Assembly (NCBI GenBank): GCA_001780985.1
Contig: MFJV01000001.1
Coordinates: forward strand, 428,049-492,048
Direction of reading: 5' to 3'
Source of the DNA: Candidatus Gottesmanbacteria bacterium RIFCSPLOWO2_01_FULL_43_11b
GTDB taxonomy: Bacteria > Patescibacteriota > Microgenomatia > UBA10105 > UBA927
Length of the DNA stretch: 64,000 bases
The notes under the pieces were generated by a model, which was given only the letters and a program-made list of their open reading frames with translations, was not told the DNA's origin and made no database searches. The translations under genes were made by a program, and so were the position numbers. Each line of letters opens with the position of its first letter. The first letter of the stretch is position 1. Below are positions 48,348 through 56,411 of the stretch, in pieces.

Positions 48348-48611
48348 TTATACCATTACCCCGATCTCCCGCGCTAATAAGCGAAGCAGAAATAGTAGAG
48401 TCCTGCCAACTATGTACAAATCATACCCCACGCTTTTCTCTTTGAGGTAAGCCACGTCACTTTTCATCCACGCATCAAAATCACTGTGATAGCTTCCTGT
48501 AAGAATTGCGGGGGAGATAATGCCGGGGAGCACCGCGTGACGCTTTTGCATCCATGGTTTGAGTTTTTTTGCCTCTGCAACCGGGAGCGGTCGCGGACCA
48601 ATGAGTGCCAT
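48348..48611 (-). pseudogene. Fragment of a bacterial sugar transferase (polyprenyl-phosphate hexose-1-phosphate transferase C-terminal catalytic region)
   Basis: MALIGPRPLP...PGIISPAILTG is only the last ~85 aa of an enzyme normally at least 200 aa; N-terminal part missing. Confidence 0.5.
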
Positions 48612-48664
48612 CTCGCCCCGGAGGACATTCCACAGCTGCGGAAGCTCATCTAAGCCAGTATGAC

Positions 48665-50152
48665 TTAAGAATTCCCCAACCGGTGTAAACCGCGGATCAC
48701 GTTTTTATAAAATCCTATAGGCGGGAATTCGTCTTTATCAAAATAATACAGCGCTTCACGACAATGAGATCCTGCATATGTGTCTTTCTGACAGATTTGT
48801 AGCAACTGGCGCGCTTCTTGTCTCTGACCAACAGCAAGAAGTAAGCTTGCATATTCTATCCACATATGTCCCCAAGAAGGTGATAGGGACGCAGCTGCCT
48901 GCCAAAACGGAACTGCTTTCTCCAAGTTTCCCTTATTAATATACTCAAGTCCAATTATGTAAAACTTTGGAGTCCACTCTTCATTTAATCCGCTGCTACC
49001 CAGCAAGACTAATTCGTCCCTTATCTCGTTTATCATTTGGTGTGTCAAAAGAAATTCAAAAAACGTGTTTTTTATATCTTTATTCTTTGGGTCCGATTGG
49101 ACAGCTTTTTCATAGAGACGTGCTGCGTTTTGCAATTGGTCTATTCCTGCGTAATTTTTTGCAAGCTCATATAACACATCTGGATCTCTTTTATTAAAAT
49201 ACAGTATCGCCCGTTTAATTCGCTCGTCCTGTAACGAGGGTGGGGTAATAACAAGATATGCCTTGGCGCGGACGATATCAAACGGCGCTATAAGAAGAGG
49301 CAGGTCGTGGCGATCGGTAAGCAACGCGACGACGTTGCTACTTGTCCAGAGAAGATAAAAAAGACAAATAATACCAATTGATATACCAAGAGAATACTCT
49401 GTGCTTTTTTTCTTTAATTCTGGAACGAAACGGGAAAGACAGACCCCAAGTGCTGCCCAAAACAACAACCATATAACAAAATAGGAAAGAACAAATTCAA
49501 AAAAGGAATAAATAAAAATGAGAACAAGTCCCCAAAACAACGGCGTTGTCCACTGGTCCGAAGAAAAATGTTTTTTGTGTAGTGCTCTCAACATAATTCT
49601 AACGTAACATACCGCTAACCACCCAAATGCCAAAAGTCCAAGGATACCCATCTCTACTGCAATCTCAAGGGGCTGGCTGTGCGCAAACCAGGAGGAAAAT
49701 TGAGAAGATATTTGAAGGCGTTTTGAAACGAGAGAAAATGTTCCCGGACCACTCCCAAACATCGGTTTTTCCTTAACAGCCTCAAGCGCCTGTCGCCAGT
49801 ATTCAAGTCTGCTCTCAGTAGAATAGGGACGAAAAAGCGATCCTTTATTTATAAAAAATGGCGCCAGCGCAACAACAAAAAGACTGACAGATGTAGCCAT
49901 GTATAAAACTTTTGTTAATTTCGTGTTGTTTTGAATAAGAGAGAAAATCGCAATATATGCTCCCACCACTATCCATGCTCCCCGTGCACCAGTAAAAATT
50001 AGCAATAGCAAAAAGCACAAGGCAACTAAAATATTTATGGGTCGACGAACTTTCTGAAGCAAGACAGTGACGAGCGGGGTGATAAAAACGAGAATATTAG
50101 CTAGGTGATTGTAACCACCGTACTTTGCCAAAAGGTTCATCGACGGCAACAT
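48665..50152 (-). CDS. O-antigen ligase family membrane protein with C-terminal TPR repeats
   Basis: Polytopic N-terminal half; TPR-like C-terminal half (YELAKNYAGIDQLQNAARLYEKAVQSDPKN). Confidence 0.5.
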   Translation of the reverse strand: MLPSMNLLAKYGGYNHLANILVFITPLVTVLLQKVRRPINILVALCFLLLLIFTGARGAWIVVGAYIAIFSLIQNNTKLTKVLYMATSVSLFVVALAPFFINKGSLFRPYSTESRLEYWRQALEAVKEKPMFGSGPGTFSLVSKRLQISSQFSSWFAHSQPLEIAVEMGILGLLAFGWLAVCYVRIMLRALHKKHFSSDQWTTPLFWGLVLIFIYSFFEFVLSYFVIWLLFWAALGVCLSRFVPELKKKSTEYSLGISIGIICLFYLLWTSSNVVALLTDRHDLPLLIAPFDIVRAKAYLVITPPSLQDERIKRAILYFNKRDPDVLYELAKNYAGIDQLQNAARLYEKAVQSDPKNKDIKNTFFEFLLTHQMINEIRDELVLLGSSGLNEEWTPKFYIIGLEYINKGNLEKAVPFWQAAASLSPSWGHMWIEYASLLLAVGQRQEARQLLQICQKDTYAGSHCREALYYFDKDEFPPIGFYKNVIRGLHRLGNS

Positions 50153-50181
50153 TGATCTAAACTACGGAAACGCAAATGATG

Positions 50182-50556
50182 CTAAAGAGATAAGTGCAGC
50201 CCACACCGTAAAAAAAGGAGACCAAATGAAAAAACTTTCGCTGAGTTGTCTGAGGCGATAGTATAAAATAGCCGAAACACGAGATATCCACTCGCAAGAC
50301 GAACGATCCAGGACACCGAATAACCAATGCTGTCAGAAAAAACGGTTGATACTATTGCAACAACACCAATTGCTATCCATGGAAAAAGAAAAGGGTGAGG
50401 TAGCGGGCGAGCCACAAATCCTAACCAGCGGTGCAAAACCCACAAGAGGATGACCAATATTGCCCCATATATTTCAACGACTGGTTGTTTTCCATCTCCC
50501 AAAAGGATTCCTATCCCCAACAAAACAAAAAAAAGCGAAATTATTTTTTTGGCCAT
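50182..50556 (-). CDS. Small polytopic membrane protein, possibly a detached N-terminal piece of the downstream ligase
   Basis: 124 aa, 4 TM; separated by 30 nt from the next membrane-protein gene. Confidence 0.35.
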   Translation of the reverse strand: MAKKIISLFFVLLGIGILLGDGKQPVVEIYGAILVILLWVLHRWLGFVARPLPHPFLFPWIAIGVVAIVSTVFSDSIGYSVSWIVRLASGYLVFRLFYTIASDNSAKVFSFGLLFLRCGLHLSL

Positions 50557-50597
50557 CTTAATTTCATACTATACCACAAGGATTTTTTAACAAGCCC

Positions 50598-50644
50598 TTG
50601 ACAACGGTGGATAACTTTTCTAGTATGTGGACAACTTGTCCACC
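50598..50644 (+). promoter_or_regulatory. dnaA promoter with DnaA boxes
   Basis: TTGACA (50598-50603), 17-nt spacer, TAGTAT (50621-50626). GGTGGATAA lies in the spacer (50606-50614). Palindromic pair TGTGGACAA-C-TTGTCCACC (50626-50644) sits just before the dnaA ATG. Confidence 0.5.
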
Positions 50645-50658
50645 TCGCCCCCCTTCTT

Positions 50659-52029
50659 ATGGATATCGAAAAACTTTGGAAAACAATCCTTGCCGAAATA
50701 GAGCTTTCTGTAAGTAAGCCAACCTTCCACACGCACTTTGCGCAAACGAAACTTGTCAATCTCAAAGACGGAGTCGCTACTATTGGTTGCACAAGTCCGC
50801 TCATGCGGACTCTTATTGAGACAAAGTATTACAGCTTAGTAAAAAGCCTCCTTGATGCACATACAAAATTAAATACCAGCCTGGTTTTTGTAGTGCTGCC
50901 AAAACAACTCACAGAAAAAGAGGCAGGACCACTTTTTGCTCAGGCCTTATCGTCTCCTTCAACCGACTTTATTGCGCTTGCTAAAAATCTTCGTATTAAT
51001 CCAAGCTATACGTTTGAAAATTTTGCCGTATCTACGACCAACCAGCTCGCTTACGCTGCCGCAACCGCGGTGGCCAAAACCCCCGGAGATGCGTACAATC
51101 CTCTGATTATTTATGGCGGGGTGGGGGTCGGAAAAACGCATCTCATGCATGCGGTTGCCAACCGGCTCATAAATAAAAAGCCGGGGACGCGCGTCGTGTG
51201 TTCTATGGGTGAAGAATTCCTTAATGAAATTATTGCCGCCATTCAAACGAAGTCCACACAAGCGTTTAAGAGGCGCTATCGGAGCGCGCAACTCCTCCTT
51301 ATCGACGACGTACAGTTTATCGCAGGAAAAGTCACGGCCCAGGAAGAGTTTTTTCACACGTTCAATGCGGTTGTGCGGGAGGGGGGGCAGCTTATTCTTA
51401 CCAGCGACCGGCCACCGGGAGAAATTGCGCGGCTTGAAGATAGGCTCCGTAGTCGTTTTGAGGGGGGACTTGCTGTGGATATTTCTCCGCCGGACTTTGA
51501 ACTTCGCGCCGCAATTGTCAACATTAAAGCAGTCTCTTTAGGAGTGGTCGTTCCTGCTGACGTAGGCCAGTTGATTGCTGCAAATATCACTGATACGCGT
51601 GCAATCGAGGGGTTTTTGAGAAGACTAGCAACCGAGGCAGCAACGCGCGGAACGCCTCCCTCAATTGAGCTAGTTTCTTCTCTGCTTCGCATTAAAGATG
51701 AGGGTGGTGCGGGTGAAGGGTCTCACCGCGTTTCTCCCCAAGAGCTTCTGGAGGCCGTAGCAAACCACTTCGGCATTAAACAAACAACGCTCAAGGGGCC
51801 CAAACGGGACCGGCCCATTGCCCGTCCGCGCCAGGTGTTTATGTACCTTGCCAGGGTTGAGTTGGGTCTTACACACGATGACATCGGTGGACTTTTGGGC
51901 GGCCGGGATCACACAACTGTTATGCACGGCGTTTCCACAATAACGCAAGAACTTTCCACAAACGTTGCGCTTCGACAGGGGGTTGAGGGGATAAAAAACA
52001 ATCTTTTCCACTTATCCACAAAGTCGTAG
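50659..52029 (+). CDS. dnaA: Chromosomal replication initiator DnaA
   Basis: AAA+ GGVGVGKTHLMHAV, DDVQF, C-terminal DNA-binding domain RDRPIARPRQVFMYLAR...GGRDHTTVMHG. Confidence 0.95.
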   Translation: MDIEKLWKTILAEIELSVSKPTFHTHFAQTKLVNLKDGVATIGCTSPLMRTLIETKYYSLVKSLLDAHTKLNTSLVFVVLPKQLTEKEAGPLFAQALSSPSTDFIALAKNLRINPSYTFENFAVSTTNQLAYAAATAVAKTPGDAYNPLIIYGGVGVGKTHLMHAVANRLINKKPGTRVVCSMGEEFLNEIIAAIQTKSTQAFKRRYRSAQLLLIDDVQFIAGKVTAQEEFFHTFNAVVREGGQLILTSDRPPGEIARLEDRLRSRFEGGLAVDISPPDFELRAAIVNIKAVSLGVVVPADVGQLIAANITDTRAIEGFLRRLATEAATRGTPPSIELVSSLLRIKDEGGAGEGSHRVSPQELLEAVANHFGIKQTTLKGPKRDRPIARPRQVFMYLARVELGLTHDDIGGLLGGRDHTTVMHGVSTITQELSTNVALRQGVEGIKNNLFHLSTKS

Positions 52030-52170
52030 AATTTATCCACATAAATTTCCCCTCGCTCCGCTCGGGGTAAACCCCCTTGTTTGTGTTGATTTTTTCCGGC
52101 CGTTGACACCCAAAGCAAAAAAGCATACACTTTTCCACACGTATTATTACTAACTACTACTATTTAATTT
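52030..52170. promoter_or_regulatory. Candidate oriC (dnaA-dnaN intergenic)
   Basis: Perfect DnaA box TTATCCACA (52033-52041). TTTTCCACA (52131-52139). 30-bp AT-rich stretch 52141-52170 as a DNA unwinding element. Confidence 0.5.
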
Positions 52171-53280
52171 ATGATTATTAGTATCCTGCAAGAAAACCTG
52201 CTTAAGGCTCTTACAAGAACGGGGAGAATACTCTCGTCAAAACCGCAGCTTCCCATAACGCAAAGCGTTTTATTAACAACCAAAGAGGGGCGCCTGTGTG
52301 CGGTTACTACCAACCTTGAAACAACAGAGCGCGTGTGGGTTGGAGCAAAAGTAGAAAAAGAAGGGGGAGCGTGTGTTTCCTCGCGTCTTCTAACCGAGCT
52401 TGTTTTGACGCTACCAACAGAAACCGCCCGGCTGCAGGGGGTTGACGGAGGGCTCTCCGTTTCCTGTGCAGGATTTAAAGCGAGCCTTCCCGGGGTTCCC
52501 ACACAAGAGTTTCCTCCAACCCCGGAGATTAAGGAAAAAGACAGAGAAAAAACAAACAAAGACACGTTCGCTTCCGCTCTGTCTCTTGTTCTGTTTGCAG
52601 CAGCAACCGACGAAGGAAGGCCGATGTTAACCGGCGCGCGGTTTTTAACAGAAGGGAAAACGACAACAATTGCAGCAACCGATGGGTACAGATTGTCACT
52701 CAAAAAGATTCCTGCGATGAGTCGAGAGGATCTTGACATGGTTGTTCCTGCAAGAGCGCTCCTCGAGGTTGTGAAGTCAAGCTCCGAAGAAAAAGAGGCA
52801 CAGGAAATTTTCTTTTCGAAAACCGACGGAAGCCAGCTTGCGTTTTCCGTTGGGGACACGGACATTATTACCAGAATTATTGACGGCGAATATCCGAACA
52901 TTGCAAAAATAGTTCCGACAAGCTTTACGACAAGAGCCCTCTTTGACAAGGAACAACTTTCCCGCGCGGTTAAGTCTGCGGCCGTGTTTGCGCGCGACAA
53001 CGCAAACATTATCCGATTCACCCTTGAAAACCAAGCGGTGACAATCTCAGCAGAATCTGCTCAGGTTGGGAAGAATGAGGTTGAGGTTTCGAGTAAAATT
53101 GATGGAGACGGCGGGGAGATTGCCTTTAATAGCAGGTTCCTTTTAGAGTTTTTAGCAAATTTCCCCGAACCAGAGGTTCTCTTTGAAATGACCGGAAGTC
53201 TCAACCCCGGCGTTTTTCGCCAGGTCAAGGACGACTCGTTTCTCCACATCATCATGCCCGTTCGGACCACCTCAGGGTAA
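52171..53280 (+). CDS. dnaN: DNA polymerase III beta sliding clamp
   Basis: 369 aa, three-domain clamp. Adjacent to dnaA. Confidence 0.9.
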   Translation: MIISILQENLLKALTRTGRILSSKPQLPITQSVLLTTKEGRLCAVTTNLETTERVWVGAKVEKEGGACVSSRLLTELVLTLPTETARLQGVDGGLSVSCAGFKASLPGVPTQEFPPTPEIKEKDREKTNKDTFASALSLVLFAAATDEGRPMLTGARFLTEGKTTTIAATDGYRLSLKKIPAMSREDLDMVVPARALLEVVKSSSEEKEAQEIFFSKTDGSQLAFSVGDTDIITRIIDGEYPNIAKIVPTSFTTRALFDKEQLSRAVKSAAVFARDNANIIRFTLENQAVTISAESAQVGKNEVEVSSKIDGDGGEIAFNSRFLLEFLANFPEPEVLFEMTGSLNPGVFRQVKDDSFLHIIMPVRTTSG

Positions 53281-53292
53281 ACCGGTTCGGGT

Positions 53293-54291
53293 TCAAGGGT
53301 GAGCAGACGCCATAACAACCGCAATAAATTGTTGAGTCGCTCCAGAAGCCGTAGTTCCCGCCCCCTCAAAGAAATATGCCGGATGAAGCGCACTCCCTAA
53401 AACAAGGTAGTATAAGGCGGCGTTCAAGATTTTTGCATTGACAAAGGCAGGAGTTGTTCCGTAGCCGAGCGCCTCTCCTTGCGTAACTCCGACCAGTGCA
53501 CCACGACCTGCATTTAGGTTTGCCACAGCGTCCGTAAGAGAAATAACTGCGGTTGTGCCCTGCAGGGCAAGTTTCGTTGGAGGAATGACGTACGACATAG
53601 AGCGAATTACCCCTCGTTCATCAACGACGGACTGTATCCAATCGGGTGAATATTCCTGGGTTAGCAAACCGTATCCACCAACAGAGAAACCCCATGTGTA
53701 TCCAAACAGGCCCGGAACCGGCCGCTCAAGAACAACCAAGCCATCAAAGCCGTCATCGAAAGCCCCCAGGTTTTTTAGAGAAATTTCTTGAGGCAAAGAA
53801 AACACAGAGTGCACGAAGGCGTTTGCGGACAGCTCTGGAGGAGAGAGCGATATGCCCGCAGGAGCGCGAAGTTGTTGGTAAGAGAACGCAATAATGTTTT
53901 TTGTTTTTGAGAGGACAAAACTTTTTTCTTTCTCGTTGCGAAGATATGAAAAAGTGTCTCCACTAATTACTGCCGAGGGAGAAGCGGCAAAACCAAGCCG
54001 TGTTGACAAGCTTTCTGCAAGAGACATGAGAGCATTGATAGAAACATCTTGAGTTACGGCATAGAGGGGAAGGGTTGTTGGTATTTGAATTTCTGACCCG
54101 ACGTATTCAAAGATTGTCCCAGAAGGGGTTATTGGAAAGTCTATAGACCGCGGCGGGGGCTCGACATACACAGTAGGCAGCGGAAGCTTTTGAGAAAAAG
54201 ACGGTTTTTCTCTCGTTCTGCTTTCAAACCACGCACCAACAGCCACGGTGATGATTATTAAGAAAAAGATGAATAGGTAACGTAGTTTCAT
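53293..54291 (-). CDS. Hypothetical secreted/membrane-anchored protein (T4SS-like cluster)
   Basis: Signal/TM MKLRYLFIFFLIIITVAVGAW; no motif recognised. Confidence 0.4.
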   Translation of the reverse strand: MKLRYLFIFFLIIITVAVGAWFESRTREKPSFSQKLPLPTVYVEPPPRSIDFPITPSGTIFEYVGSEIQIPTTLPLYAVTQDVSINALMSLAESLSTRLGFAASPSAVISGDTFSYLRNEKEKSFVLSKTKNIIAFSYQQLRAPAGISLSPPELSANAFVHSVFSLPQEISLKNLGAFDDGFDGLVVLERPVPGLFGYTWGFSVGGYGLLTQEYSPDWIQSVVDERGVIRSMSYVIPPTKLALQGTTAVISLTDAVANLNAGRGALVGVTQGEALGYGTTPAFVNAKILNAALYYLVLGSALHPAYFFEGAGTTASGATQQFIAVVMASAHP

Positions 54292-54299
54292 TGTTTTTA

Positions 54300-56411
54300 T
54301 TATGATCCTGTTTGAATAACGGGACAATCGAGACACCCGCGCGTGTTATTTGAACACCCTAGTACCTCCTGCGCTTGCGATGGTGTCAACGGTAAAAGAT
54401 CAAGAATGTTTCCTGGACCACTTTGAATGCCAACGTGAAGGTGGTTGCTGGTTGATGAGCCGTTATTATCAACTTTTCCAATTTGGGTTACCCCCTTTGT
54501 TACAGATTGTCCTTTGGAAACCAAATTAATGGTTGTTAAAGAAAGATGTGCGTAGCGTATAATTGCTCCGTTCGGCGTTTCAATGTCAACATAATTTCCC
54601 CACCCCTGATTACAGCGGGATGTTCTGGATGGTCCTACCGCAGTGTCAGCGCATCTACCTCGTACGTCTGAAATTGTTCCATCCGTTATGCTGTAAACTT
54701 CTGTGCCATAATTAGCCCCAATGTCAACGGCATTCATACTTGCATGGGAAGATCTACACGTTGCGTACGGTCCTTGTGTAATGTAGCCGTTTGTAGGCCA
54801 GAGACAGTCTCCTGTTGAGCACGGGGTAAGCGTACAGCGGGGATCCTCGGGTGTTTGCGAGCAGTTAATGATTGGTCCGCCGCTGCCATAACCACCGCCT
54901 ACGCGTTCCCCTTGAAACGGTCCAAATTCTGAAACTGTTTTGAAAAAGAAAAGTATCGGAAAACCGATGACGACGAAAAGAAGAGAGGCAATGACGATCC
55001 ACTCAGCCGAAGCCCAAAAACTTTGTGGTTTTCCGGGCCCTCTCCTGCCGAAAAACGATGCAAAAACGCTTCCCCCAAGCCAGCCGAGAATCACTCCGGG
55101 AAGCCCACCAATGGCTCCAACAAGTCCGCCAAACCAGCGACCAACCGTTCCGCTACCAGCTTTTGCAACAACAGCACTCGTTGCTTTTCGAATCCCCCAA
55201 CCGGAAGCTTCGTTAAAAAACAGATGGAATAGTCCGGGAGAACGACTGTGGGAGTCAGCAACCCTGACTTGATTAACTGTGTATGATTCCGGCGCAAGCC
55301 CTAAGACTTCTAAAACAAATACATCTACAGCAACAGGAGGCCCGGCAATAGAACTGGCGAGATCCCAGATGAATGAGCGCGCCCGACCGCCGCCTTTCCC
55401 AAAAACTTTATTTCCCCGTTCTATAGCATTCTGAAAAACAGGCGATTCAACAATCAGGCTCCCCACTCTCTCCTGAGTTTTTTCAATCGCTCCCTCAATT
55501 TTTCCTAACCAGACAGACCGTACGATATCATCGCGGACGTTTTTGGGATAGATAGAAAGAAGCGCATCGGCAACGCCTTGAACAGGCTGCCGGAGCCCCG
55601 AAACTCCAATCTTTGAGAAAACCCCGGGTTTGATTTCAATATCCGATGAAGGGGTTGCCTCGAGCGCTTCGGCAACACGGGCAAGTCGATCCACAACCTC
55701 AAACGAAGGCGCTGGATCAACGCTCGCTAGAGTAGCGTACGTTTCAAGCCATCGTGCTTTGTCGGTGCCCGACCACTCAAACATTTTTTGAGTTATTTCT
55801 TCTTCCGAAGGAAGTGGGGCAGCAAGGACTCGAATTGTCTTATCGGCTTTTTCTAAAACAATTTCTGCAATCGGTTTAACCCGCTTTCCAAATTCTTCAG
55901 ATCGGGCGCTTGTTGCGGCAATTCGAACTAAAGCCAACCCCATTTCCTCGCGGAGCTTCCGGGGGTCCCTCGTTTCTTTTGCGAGTTTTGAAAGTTCATC
56001 AACAAGGCGTTGTTGAAGCGCTGGCTCATTCGGGAAACGGGCAAGAGCGCGTAGTTCATCTACATATGCTCCGGCGATGCGCCCGATGTTTTGACGCCGC
56101 GACCCCTCGATCTTGTCGGTAATGTGGGGAAGATTTTCAGAAATTGACTCAACGAGAACTCCTGGAGCGATCTGCTCAAATTCCGCCTGTTGCTCGGGCG
56201 GTGTGTTTTCTTTGAGAAACAATACAAATTCTGTTGAAAATTGCTCGAGAATCTCTAAAAATTGGGTGTTTGTAAAGACAAATGGAACTCCGGAGAGAGC
56301 GAGGTTTTTTTTAAATTGCTCGTATTTTCCCGGATAAAACTCGTGGGCAATGAGGAGGTTTTTGAGTCCCTGCGTAAATTTTTGTTCGTCTGCCATAGGA
56401 TCATTTCTCAT
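54300..56411 (-). CDS. Membrane protein with C-terminal M23 (LytM) peptidase domain
   Basis: Large cytoplasmic N-domain, TM segments, then Cys-rich M23 domain (GWGNYVDIETPNGAIIRYAHLS...HLHVGIQ). Confidence 0.65.
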   Translation of the reverse strand: MRNDPMADEQKFTQGLKNLLIAHEFYPGKYEQFKKNLALSGVPFVFTNTQFLEILEQFSTEFVLFLKENTPPEQQAEFEQIAPGVLVESISENLPHITDKIEGSRRQNIGRIAGAYVDELRALARFPNEPALQQRLVDELSKLAKETRDPRKLREEMGLALVRIAATSARSEEFGKRVKPIAEIVLEKADKTIRVLAAPLPSEEEITQKMFEWSGTDKARWLETYATLASVDPAPSFEVVDRLARVAEALEATPSSDIEIKPGVFSKIGVSGLRQPVQGVADALLSIYPKNVRDDIVRSVWLGKIEGAIEKTQERVGSLIVESPVFQNAIERGNKVFGKGGGRARSFIWDLASSIAGPPVAVDVFVLEVLGLAPESYTVNQVRVADSHSRSPGLFHLFFNEASGWGIRKATSAVVAKAGSGTVGRWFGGLVGAIGGLPGVILGWLGGSVFASFFGRRGPGKPQSFWASAEWIVIASLLFVVIGFPILFFFKTVSEFGPFQGERVGGGYGSGGPIINCSQTPEDPRCTLTPCSTGDCLWPTNGYITQGPYATCRSSHASMNAVDIGANYGTEVYSITDGTISDVRGRCADTAVGPSRTSRCNQGWGNYVDIETPNGAIIRYAHLSLTTINLVSKGQSVTKGVTQIGKVDNNGSSTSNHLHVGIQSGPGNILDLLPLTPSQAQEVLGCSNNTRGCLDCPVIQTGS

